A stretch of 64,000 bases of DNA from Actinomycetota bacterium (GTDB lineage: Bacteria > Actinomycetota > Actinomycetes > Nanopelagicales > Nanopelagicaceae), in the NCBI GenBank assembly GCA_016870365.1, contig VGBW01000007.1, forward strand, positions 1,317 to 65,316, written 5' to 3'. Of the stretch, positions 27,337 to 35,418 are shown in pieces; position 1 is the first letter of the stretch, and each line of letters begins with the position of its first letter. The position numbers and the translations under genes are program-made. The notes under the pieces were generated by a model, which worked only from the letters and a program-made list of their open reading frames with translations, ran no database searches and had not been told where the DNA came from.

Positions 27337-28978
27337 GAGTGAGCCAATCCTAAAGGTTAAAGATTTCTCGGTCGATTTCTGGGTTGATGGACTCTGGTAT
27401 CCAGCGGCGATCAAGATGAACTTTGAGCTCCACCCAGGAAAAGTACTAGCCATCGTAGGCGAATCGGGCTCGGGTAAATCAACCACAGCTCTTGGGTTGA
27501 TGGATCTTCTGGCGACAAATGCTAGACGAAGCGGACAGGTCTTAATCAAAGAAGTCGACATGATCAATGTCAAGGGTGCAACGCTTCGTAAATTCCGTGG
27601 CAAGGAAGTCGCCTATATTTTCCAAGAGCCAATGACTGCGCTAAACCCGGTCTACACCATTGGCTTTCAGATCGTAGAGACTCTAAGAAATCACTTTGAT
27701 ATGGGGCCCAAGCAGGCTCGCTCTCGCGCCATAGAGCTTCTGACCATGGTTGAGATTCCAAGCCCTGAGCAATCCTTTGAAAAATATCCCCACCAACTAT
27801 CAGGTGGGCAGCGCCAGAGAGCGATGATCGCTCAAGCACTCGCCTGTGATCCAGGGCTTCTTGTGGCAGATGAGCCGACTACCGCCCTTGATGTAACGAT
27901 CCAGGCAGAGATCCTCGATTTGATGCGGAGCCTCAAAGACCGGCTCAACTCAGCAATTCTTCTAATCACCCACGATATGGGCGTTGTGGCTGATATGGCA
28001 GATGAGATTCTGGTGATGAAGGACGGGCTAACAGTTGAGCATGGAAGTTCTGATCAGATATTTAATCGCCCCACTCATCCCTACACCATTGAATTGCTTG
28101 CGGCAGTTCCAATGCTTGGCTCCTCTAGAAAGCGCGAGCTTAGAGTCGCAAGAGATGCAGAGCCAGTTCTTAGGATGCGCGATGTCACAGTTCAGTATCC
28201 AAAGAGAGGGAGAATCCCGGCATTTACTGCTGTCAAGAACTTTTCGCTAGATATCTTTCCAGGTGAGATTGTGGGCCTAGTAGGCGAATCAGGCTCTGGA
28301 AAGACCACGGTAGGGAAAGCCGCTATTGGATTGCTGCCGATCAAATCAGGGAGCCTTGAAATTGTTGGCAAAGAGATTAGCAAGGCCTCACAGAGAGAGC
28401 TCTTCGCTATCCGCCGCCACACCGGAATCGTCTTTCAAGACCCAGTATCATCGCTCAATCCCCGCCTTCCTATAGGTGAATCAATAGGTGAGCCAATATT
28501 CCTGGCAAAGCTTGCCGAGGGCGATGAATTAGACAAGAAGGTCGAGGACTTACTTGAGTCTGTGGAACTTCCTCGTTCCTATAGAAACCGTTTCCCTCAT
28601 GAGTTATCAGGTGGCCAGAGACAGAGAGTGGGAATTGCTAGAGCGCTTGCTCTCACCCCAGACCTATTGATCGCTGATGAGCCAACCTCAGCGCTGGATG
28701 TCTCGGTTCAAGCTCGCTTCCTGGATCTCTTGCTTGCTCTACAAGATGAATTAAAGTTCGCCTGCCTCTTTATTAGCCACGATCTAGCGGTCGTTGACAT
28801 CCTGGCCCATCGAATTGCCGTCATGCAGAACGGACTTCTGGTGGAGGAGGGCGAGAGAGATCAGATCCTCAATGACGCTAGGGATCCCTATACCCAGCGC
28901 CTGATTGCCGCTGTTCCTGTGCCAAACCCTGCCGAGCAGAGGAAGAGACGCGAAGCCCGCCTAGCTAGCAAGAAGTGA
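27335..28978 (+). CDS. Fused double-NBD ABC ATPase (DppD-DppF type)
   Basis: 547 aa. Two Walker A sites (GESGSGKST and GESGSGKTT), two signatures (LSGGQRQR twice) and two Walker B sites (LLVADEPTTALD and LLIADEPTSALD). Confidence 0.92.
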   Translation: MSEPILKVKDFSVDFWVDGLWYPAAIKMNFELHPGKVLAIVGESGSGKSTTALGLMDLLATNARRSGQVLIKEVDMINVKGATLRKFRGKEVAYIFQEPMTALNPVYTIGFQIVETLRNHFDMGPKQARSRAIELLTMVEIPSPEQSFEKYPHQLSGGQRQRAMIAQALACDPGLLVADEPTTALDVTIQAEILDLMRSLKDRLNSAILLITHDMGVVADMADEILVMKDGLTVEHGSSDQIFNRPTHPYTIELLAAVPMLGSSRKRELRVARDAEPVLRMRDVTVQYPKRGRIPAFTAVKNFSLDIFPGEIVGLVGESGSGKTTVGKAAIGLLPIKSGSLEIVGKEISKASQRELFAIRRHTGIVFQDPVSSLNPRLPIGESIGEPIFLAKLAEGDELDKKVEDLLESVELPRSYRNRFPHELSGGQRQRVGIARALALTPDLLIADEPTSALDVSVQARFLDLLLALQDELKFACLFISHDLAVVDILAHRIAVMQNGLLVEEGERDQILNDARDPYTQRLIAAVPVPNPAEQRKRREARLASKK

Positions 28979-28980
28979 TT

Positions 28981-29634
28981 GTGGCTCAGCCAGTTTCTCT
29001 AGCGCCCTTTGGCCTCTCTAAAGAGTCTTGCTATCTGCAAGATCAAAACCCATCTCCACTCTCTCATCTGCCAATCAAACCTGGTATGAGATGGCGCGAA
29101 AATTGCCCAAAATAACTCATGGTCTCAGGATCTAGGTAGCAAGTTAGATCGCTTCCTCCATTCAGAATAGATGCTCTTGCAAGTGAAGACGAAATTCGCC
29201 GGCGATGTTGCCCCTTTCCTATCTCGGCATGACCTAGCGCGGAGAGAGTGGGGCCCAGAGCGCCATAGTTCTGGCACTTGATGGCATCCTTGGAATAGAG
29301 CAGCAGAGATGAACTTTGCCAATACTTGATGGAGATGCGGGAAGATATGCCTCCCAAGCATCTGGCATTTATTGTGGCAGTTAAGGCAGGGCCTTCAGTA
29401 AGAGACTTTGTGGAGAGAATCAATCGAGCATCAACAACTGCGCTACTTAATCAATGCCTGGAAATACTGGGCGATCTTAGAAGCGATGCATCTTGAGTAT
29501 GCCATGCCATATTTCCATGCCCAAGCCCGGAAGGCCCCTGGCAACCCATCAGCTGTTGCCAGTGGGGAACTCCCTTTATGACCTTACCTTACGTTAAGCA
29601 TCGCGAAGAGACCGAGGCGAAGAGCCTTCAATAG
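28981..29634 (+). pseudogene. Decayed indoleamine 2,3-dioxygenase (IDO)-like gene
   Basis: There is no intact ORF. Pieces in three frames follow IDO order: FGLSKES..PSPLSHLP, LDALASEDEIRRR, LSYLGMT(stop), MREDMPPKHLAFI...VRDFV, LGDLRS..HLEYAMPYF and GTPFMTLPYVKHREET. About 650 bp remain where about 1.2 kb would be expected, so there are internal deletions as well as frameshifts. The family call comes from remembered motifs (MR.YMP..HR.F and GTGG..F). Confidence 0.45.
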
Positions 29635-30511
29635 CCCTGCTGCCGCTCCACTTTCCGGTGAGCAAGATAAATAGAGGGGCAATAACTACTGCAATCACCG
29701 CTGCTGGCCCCCAGGCCACCTCAGCACTTCTAAGAAGGCTGACTGCAGGAAGTGCTGAATCATCACTGGATACCAGAAGTGCTGCCAGTAGGTTATTGGC
29801 AAAATGTGCACCAATTGCTAGCTCTAGGCTCTTATCGCGATATGTGACCCAGGCCAACATGAATCCGGTTGCTCCATAGCTGATGATGGGAAAGAGGAGC
29901 TCATTTCCAGAGACTTCAGGGTTTAATAGATGCGGAAGCGAGAAGAGAGCGCCGCTAATAATCGAGATGCTCCATTGCTTCATCTTGCCATTATCGAGCC
30001 ATTGCTGGATCCAACCTCTAAAGAAGAGCTCCTCTGCTGTAATTTGAATGGGAAGGAGGGTGAAGGCAATTAATAGATAGGGTAAGAAGGCCGAGGCCTC
30101 AAAGCTAAAACGATAGGAGCCCCAGTTAAGAAGAAGTTCTAAGGCTCCAAGAGAGAGTGAAATTAGGGCAAGGGAAGCAAAGCCAATCCAGGTCTTCTTA
30201 TAAGAGTATCTCTCATGGAAGGTAAATAGGCTCTTTTGATTCCGTTTTAAGAATATTCGATAGGCCAGAAGAGTTGCCAGCAATAAGGGTAGAAATGAGA
30301 TTAGAACAGTGGCTGCGCTACTCCAAGCGGGAAGGGCTCTGATCTTTGCAAGATCTTCATCAGCATTTGGAAACAGCAGCTCTGCATCAAGGTCAAAGAA
30401 GCCAGCAAGTAAGAGGGTCAGGGCCAGGCCAAGAACCTGCCAGGTGGTAACGATAAAGATGGTTCCAACAATCCAGCGCCAGAGAGCGGGGCGGGCTATC
30501 TGGCTTGTCAT
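29594..30511 (-). CDS. CPBP-family intramembrane glutamic endopeptidase (CAAX protease-like)
   Basis: Motifs EELFFRGWIQ, LPHLLN and IGAHFANN. I chose the start at MTSQIARP (30511). Confidence 0.85.
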   Translation of the reverse strand: MTSQIARPALWRWIVGTIFIVTTWQVLGLALTLLLAGFFDLDAELLFPNADEDLAKIRALPAWSSAATVLISFLPLLLATLLAYRIFLKRNQKSLFTFHERYSYKKTWIGFASLALISLSLGALELLLNWGSYRFSFEASAFLPYLLIAFTLLPIQITAEELFFRGWIQQWLDNGKMKQWSISIISGALFSLPHLLNPEVSGNELLFPIISYGATGFMLAWVTYRDKSLELAIGAHFANNLLAALLVSSDDSALPAVSLLRSAEVAWGPAAVIAVVIAPLFILLTGKWSGSRAIEGSSPRSLRDA

Positions 30512-30562
30512 CTCACTAACTCTTTCTCTTTCCGGGCATGTAGATAAAGGATGAGGTAAGAG

Positions 30563-30594
30563 AAAAGCCCGGCGCATATGCGGCCGGGCTTTTT
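30563..30594 (-). terminator. Bidirectional-looking intrinsic terminator downstream of the small basic gene
   Basis: AAAA-GCCCGGCGCATATGCGGCCGGGC-TTTTT. The GC-rich stem is flanked by an A-tract and a T-tract. Confidence 0.6.
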
Positions 30595-30613
30595 CCGTAA
30601 AACCAAAGCGTGC

Positions 30614-30772
30614 TTACTTTGCAGCTTTCTTACGACGACGACGACGCTTTGGAGCTGCCTTTGCAGCCTTCTTACGACGACGACGCTTTGGAGCTGCCTT
30701 TGCAGCAGCCTTCCTACGACGACGACGCTTTGGAGCTGCCTTTGCAGCTTTCTTACGACGCTTTGCAGCCAC
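30614..30772 (-). CDS. 52-aa Ala/Lys/Arg/Pro repeat protein (protamine/histone-H1-tail-like), hypothetical
   Basis: It falls below the ORF-track cutoff. GTG start with AAGGA 7 nt upstream. The translation is MAAKRRKKAAKAAPKRRRRRKAAAKAAPKRRRRKKAAKAAPKRRRRRKKAAK, then TAA, then the terminator at 30563-30594. A 21-nt core (ctttggagctgcctttgcagc) occurs three times at 39/42-nt spacing. Confidence 0.5.
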   Translation of the reverse strand: MAAKRRKKAAKAAPKRRRRRKAAAKAAPKRRRRKKAAKAAPKRRRRRKKAAK

Positions 30773-31034
30773 GTAGTGTTCCTTTCAGAATGGTTCGATC
30801 CGTCACCGAACCGGTTGCAGGCAAATCGTGTCACTTATTGGCCAAAGTTTCCACTATTTGGAGCAAATATGTAGGGTGCGTGTCGGAATTCTTTTTCCTA
30901 AAGAATCGTGTATTGGGCGATTTTTTTTGCTATTTTTACCCACTTTTTACGCGTAAATATTGCGATTTCCGAGAATTCAAGAAAAAACGACTTTTACCAC
31001 CTAGCTACTAAGGGGTGGGGGGAGAAAAATATTT

Positions 31035-32303
31035 CTAGATATTTCCCCTATTTTTGCGCACTTCTGCCTCCCTTAGGGCATACTCATTGCTCCTTACGTC
31101 ATAGCCTCTCAACTTGGGCATTGTTGCTGCGATCAAGGAAACAAAGCCAATGCAGAGTAGGCCGCCACCAACAACTGAGACTCTTAGCGAACTCATCGCC
31201 GCCATTCCACCAGCCCTGGCCTGTCCACCAAGGGGGCCAAGCAGATAGGAGAGCATCTCAATTCCTGCCAGTCTTCCCCTTAGTTCATCTGGGATTGATT
31301 GATTCCAGATAAAGCCGCGAAATAGAGCGCTAACTTGATCAAAGGCCCCGGCGATAACTAGGCAAGTAATAATTTGAAAGAGCGAATTACTGCTGCCGGC
31401 TGCCACTATCGCTACCCCCCAACCTAGAGCTCCGACAATGACGGCCCTGCCATGGTGCGGGTAGTTTCGCATCCAACCGCTAAGCAAGGTCACCAAGACT
31501 GCGCCAAAGGTAATTGATGAATAGAAAAACCCTAGGGCGTAAGGGGCGCTAATTTCATCGGCCCAGAAAGGAAAGAGAGCCATCGGCATTGCCAGGAACA
31601 TCGCTGCTAAATCCACCACATAGGTTCCAAGGAGATCCTTTCTTTTGTAGGCATAGCTAAGCCCCTCCATCAGACCTGTTATCGATGGAGGGGTAGATTT
31701 CACAAGTGGGGGAACGCTTCTAACCTGCCAGATTAGAGCGAGTGAAATTACAAAGGTGGCGCAATCAACTAGATAAGCAGCCCCTGCTCCATAACTGGCG
31801 ATGATAATTCCGCCAACTGATGGTCCAACGATTCCGCCAACTTGCCATCTAAGACTCATCAGCGCGCTAGCACTCGGAAGATCTTGATGGCTCACCAGCC
31901 TTGGCAAAATCGCATCCTGGCTAGGGCGTTTTAGCCCGCTTAAAGTAGCAAAAATCGCAGTAATGATGAAGATCAAAATGACGCTCGGTTCTTTTTGAAG
32001 TGAATTAAGAAAAAGGATTGCAGTGGCGATAAGGGTGCCAAATTCTGTATACCAGATCATCTTCTTTCGATCTACATAATCTGCCAATACCCCGCCATAG
32101 AGGCCAAAGACAATCAACGGGCCGATCTCAACGGCGCCAATAAGGCCCACTGCCCAAAATGACCCCGTCAGCTCCTTTACTTGAAAGGGCAAGGCCACAA
32201 AGGTGATCATCGATCCAAGATAAGAGAAGAGCCCTGCGGTGAATAGCAACCTAAAGTCGCGATATTTCTTAATTGGGCTTAGATCAATGGCGTATTTGCG
32301 CAC
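31035..32303 (-). CDS. MFS transporter (EntS/DHA3-like)
   Basis: 422 aa with 12 TM segments and the loop 2-3 motif GGVLADYVDRKKM. Confidence 0.85.
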   Translation of the reverse strand: MRKYAIDLSPIKKYRDFRLLFTAGLFSYLGSMITFVALPFQVKELTGSFWAVGLIGAVEIGPLIVFGLYGGVLADYVDRKKMIWYTEFGTLIATAILFLNSLQKEPSVILIFIITAIFATLSGLKRPSQDAILPRLVSHQDLPSASALMSLRWQVGGIVGPSVGGIIIASYGAGAAYLVDCATFVISLALIWQVRSVPPLVKSTPPSITGLMEGLSYAYKRKDLLGTYVVDLAAMFLAMPMALFPFWADEISAPYALGFFYSSITFGAVLVTLLSGWMRNYPHHGRAVIVGALGWGVAIVAAGSSNSLFQIITCLVIAGAFDQVSALFRGFIWNQSIPDELRGRLAGIEMLSYLLGPLGGQARAGGMAAMSSLRVSVVGGGLLCIGFVSLIAATMPKLRGYDVRSNEYALREAEVRKNRGNI

Positions 32304-32311
32304 GCCTCATC

Positions 32312-33109
32312 TTAGTCAAAGCTCTCTTTGGCATCAGGGAATACCCCTGACTCAACATCCGAGATCCACTTACCAACGGCCTCAACCATCTCTTTTCGCA
32401 GATCTAGATAGGCCCGCGAAAAGCGAGGTGGTTTTGGGGTTAGCCCCATCAGGTCTGTCCAGACAAGGACTTGTCCATCACAATCACTTCCTGCTCCAAT
32501 GCCGATAGTTGGGACCTTGAGAGTCTTGGTAATCTCACTTGCCAGCTTGGCAGGGATTAACTCAAGGACAATTGCAAAAGCACCTGCCTCTTGCAGGGCC
32601 AGCGCATCTTTGGCTATCTCATCTGCCTGCTGGCTATCTCTGCCTTGAACCTTAAACCCGCCAAAGGCATTAACAGATTGCGGGGTCATGCCGAGATGGC
32701 CCATAACTGGAATTCCACTACTGACTAAAGCCTTAACTTGCTCGGCTACTCGGGTCCCACCCTCTAATTTGACTCCAGCAACCCCGGCTTCTTTCAATAA
32801 TCTAATACTGCTTTCCAGGGCTAATTCTTTCGAGGCTTCATAAGAGCCAAATGGAAGGTCTGCAATTACTAGAGCTCTCGCTGAGCCTTTAACTACCGCT
32901 CTTGAGAGTGAGACCAACTCATCTAAAGTAACTGGAATGGTGTTCTCATGGCCTAGAAAGTTATTTCCCGCGCTATCTCCCACCAGCAAAATTGGCACCC
33001 CGGCTTGATCAAAGACTGAGGCCATCACCGAGTCATAGGCGGTGAGCATGGCAAAACTCTGGGCGGATTTCTTCCAGGCAGCCAGATCTGAAACGGTATA
33101 GCGGGCCAC
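32312..33109 (-). CDS. panB: 3-methyl-2-oxobutanoate hydroxymethyltransferase
   Basis: 265 aa with LTAYD, LVGDSAGNNFLGHENTIPVTLDE, GVKLEGG and IGIGAG. Confidence 0.93.
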   Translation of the reverse strand: MARYTVSDLAAWKKSAQSFAMLTAYDSVMASVFDQAGVPILLVGDSAGNNFLGHENTIPVTLDELVSLSRAVVKGSARALVIADLPFGSYEASKELALESSIRLLKEAGVAGVKLEGGTRVAEQVKALVSSGIPVMGHLGMTPQSVNAFGGFKVQGRDSQQADEIAKDALALQEAGAFAIVLELIPAKLASEITKTLKVPTIGIGAGSDCDGQVLVWTDLMGLTPKPPRFSRAYLDLRKEMVEAVGKWISDVESGVFPDAKESFD

Positions 33110-33180
33110 TTACTTTCCTTCCTCGAGGCCAAGTGCGGTCCCCGGGATTACAAAGTGGAGTCTATCGGTACTCTTGAACT

Positions 33181-34866
33181 ATGCCTACAGCCTCTGGCGT
33201 CCCCTTAAGAATCGCTATGGCCCAGATCAATCCAGTGCTGGGAGATTTAGAAGGCAATAGCCAATTGATTCTTGGCGCAGTAAGGCAAGGGCTAGAAAGT
33301 GATGTCGATGTAATTCTCTTCTCTGAGATGGTTCTGACTGGATATCCAGTCGAAGATCTTGCGTTACGGCCCGCTTTTCAAAAAGCCTCGAAGCAGAGGC
33401 TTAACCAATTAGCGCAGGAGATAGAGGAGATTGGAGGCGGTGAGGTATTGACCCTGATTGGCTATCTTGACCAGCAGCAGAAGCCTGAGAATGCTCTAGC
33501 TGCCATCTATCAGGGCGAGGTAGTGGGCAAGTATGTCAAACACCATCTACCAAATTACGGGGTCTTTGATGAGTTTAGAAACTTTGGCCAAGGAGATAAG
33601 AGTTTAGTAATTCGTCTTGGCTCTATCGATATAGCCCTGGCAATCTGCGAAGATATCTGGCAGGAAGGTGGCCCAGTTGCCATTTTGAGTAGAGCCAAGC
33701 CTGGGATTTTGCTAGTGGCAAATGGCAGCCCTTTTGAGCGTGATAAAGATGGAGTAAGGCTGGCTCTGGCAAAGAAGAGAGTGAAGCAACTGGGCTGTCC
33801 TCTGGTTTATCTCAATATGGTGGGGGCCCAAGATGATCTAGTTTTTGACGGTGGTTCATTTGCTCTGAATCGGGATGGTGAATTACTGGCAAGATCCGAG
33901 CAATTTGAAAGCTCGATAAATATCGTTGATATTGAATGTGCAGTAGAAAGTGGCAACCCTGATCTAACTCTAAGTAAGAGGCAAGAGAAAAAGAGAGTTG
34001 AAGTTAAGGCTCTTATAGCGCCATCTCTATCTGATGAAGAAGAGATCTGGCAGGCGCTGGTAGTGGGCTTGAGAGATTATGTTAGGAAGAATGGGTTCAA
34101 GTCTGTCGCCCTTGGCCTATCAGGTGGCATTGACTCAGCACTTACTGCCACTTTGGCAGTTGATGCTCTTGGCAGCCAGGGAGTCTATGGCTTACTTATG
34201 CCAAGCAAATACTCATCGCAACATTCCGTAAGTGATGCCAAGGAACTGGCAGAGAACCTCCGAATCGGCTATGAGATTATCGAGATTGCCCCAATCGTTG
34301 ATAGTTTTCGCAGCGCTATTGAGCTCTCTGGCCTTGCTGAAGAGAATATCCAAGCCCGCATAAGAGGCTCTCTTCTCATGGGCCTCTCTAATCAGAGAGG
34401 GCATCTAATCCTTGCGACTGGAAATAAATCTGAGCTTGCCGTTGGCTATTCAACTTTATATGGAGATGCCGTTGGAGGTTTTGCTCCTATAAAAGACATC
34501 TTCAAAGTCGATATCTGGCGCCTGGCAAAGTGGCGCAATAGCCAAGCCGGCATCAAGGGGCTAATTCCTAGTAACTCAATAAGTAAGGCTCCCAGTGCTG
34601 AGCTATCCCCGGGTCAGAAAGATAGTGATTCGCTTCCTGCATACCAGCTACTTGATCAGATACTAGGTCTGTATATTGAGAAGAATGTTGATGCCACAAG
34701 AATCATCTCATTTGGCTTTGATAAGACATTGGTAGATCGAGTCGTGGCCATGGTCGATAAGGCAGAATTTAAGAGACGGCAGTATCCACCAGGGCCTAAG
34801 GTCTCGCCCATTGCCTTCGGCAAAGATAGACGCCTGCCAATGACTTCTAGGTGGCGAGAGAGTTAA
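33181..34866 (+). CDS. nadE: Glutamine-dependent NAD+ synthetase
   Basis: 561 aa. It has an N-terminal nitrilase/CN-hydrolase domain (AICEDIWQ) and a C-terminal synthetase domain (GLSGGIDSA, GNKSELAVGYSTLYGD). Confidence 0.92.
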   Translation: MPTASGVPLRIAMAQINPVLGDLEGNSQLILGAVRQGLESDVDVILFSEMVLTGYPVEDLALRPAFQKASKQRLNQLAQEIEEIGGGEVLTLIGYLDQQQKPENALAAIYQGEVVGKYVKHHLPNYGVFDEFRNFGQGDKSLVIRLGSIDIALAICEDIWQEGGPVAILSRAKPGILLVANGSPFERDKDGVRLALAKKRVKQLGCPLVYLNMVGAQDDLVFDGGSFALNRDGELLARSEQFESSINIVDIECAVESGNPDLTLSKRQEKKRVEVKALIAPSLSDEEEIWQALVVGLRDYVRKNGFKSVALGLSGGIDSALTATLAVDALGSQGVYGLLMPSKYSSQHSVSDAKELAENLRIGYEIIEIAPIVDSFRSAIELSGLAEENIQARIRGSLLMGLSNQRGHLILATGNKSELAVGYSTLYGDAVGGFAPIKDIFKVDIWRLAKWRNSQAGIKGLIPSNSISKAPSAELSPGQKDSDSLPAYQLLDQILGLYIEKNVDATRIISFGFDKTLVDRVVAMVDKAEFKRRQYPPGPKVSPIAFGKDRRLPMTSRWRES

Positions 34867-34928
34867 CAAGAAACTTGCAAAGTGCATGCAAGTGGCGGTA
34901 TTTGAAGTTTCCCACAAAACTCAATCCC

Positions 34929-35361
34929 ATGTCCACGATTGGCTCTTGGTTCTTTGCTCGCCGCCGCGTAATCGACTTTGGCCCTACCAACTCGGCTATC
35001 TGCTGTAGGTAATTCCCGACTTATCCCAAGTCACTAAGCATCTTTGCGCGCTGAGATTCATCCCGCAGCCAAGATTGGCAAGCGCTTTTTTATCGATCAT
35101 GGAGTGGGGGTAGTAATTGGTGAAACTACCGTCATTGGCGATGATGTGATGGTCTATCATGATGTAACTCTTGGCGCTAGAACTTTTGAAAATGGAAAAC
35201 GCCATCCAAGTATCGGCAATAATGTCATTGTTGGGGCAGGAGCACGGGTCCTTGGAAATATCAAGGTTGGCGATGGGGTTCGAATCAGCGCCAATTCGGT
35301 AGTGGTTAATGATGTAGAGGCAATGAGTGACATCGATGCTTCAGAGCAATTTGCCATCTAA
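34929..35361 (+). pseudogene. cysE: Serine O-acetyltransferase (cysE) remnant
   Basis: The 105-codon ORF 35044-35361 holds only the hexapeptide-repeat catalytic part ([42 protein letters not shown]). Upstream SAT-like pieces lie in two other frames (STIGSWFFARRR from 34929 and LSQVTKHL from 35018), separated by stops. The N-terminal domain is missing, because nadE ends at 34866. Confidence 0.55.
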
Positions 35362-35418
35362 GGCCCCTTCTCAAGCCTAGTTAACATAGCCGTAACTCAA
35401 GGCAGGCAGTATGCGCCC

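Noticed and set aside
26722-27342. A 206-aa plus-strand ORF that exactly fills the gap between the DppC-like gene 2 and the ATPase gene.
   Set aside because: Its sequence is low in information (rich in S, R, N and G) and has no family resemblance. The opposite strand encodes a clear paralog of 21099-21698, so I treat it as an antisense shadow ORF.
27337-27603. An N-terminal extension of the PH-like gene 2 ORF (the track gives 299 aa).
   Set aside because: The extension contains VVDLPEPDSPT, the typical antisense translation of an ABC Walker A region (GESGSGKST). Homology to paralog 1 begins only at the Met at 27336.
29064-29423. Minus-strand ORFs of 119 and 78 aa in the gap between the ATPase and CPBP genes.
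   Set aside because: They have no family resemblance, and the plus strand carries ordered IDO-like fragments. They are most likely chance ORFs within a pseudogene.
30620-30760. Periodic repeats that could suggest a mini CRISPR array.
   Set aside because: There are only three units at 39/42-nt spacing. The 'spacers' are themselves repeated (cgt)n tracts, no cas genes are present, and the region is better explained as a coding tandem repeat.
30578-31011. Plus-strand ORFs with acidic or hydrophobic repeats (SYDDDDALELPLQ..., TTTTLWSCLCS...) and the alternative minus frame 30508-30834.
   Set aside because: They are products of the same tandem repeat read in other frames. They lack an SD, run into AT-rich intergenic DNA or across the terminator hairpin, and have implausible composition. 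Only the K/R/A/P frame has an SD, a start, a stop and a terminator.
35380-35396. A GlnR-box-like half site TTAAC-n6-GTAAC upstream of glnA.
   Set aside because: There is only one a/b site pair, it ends just 22 nt before the start codon, and the motif is short and degenerate. This is not enough to call a site.
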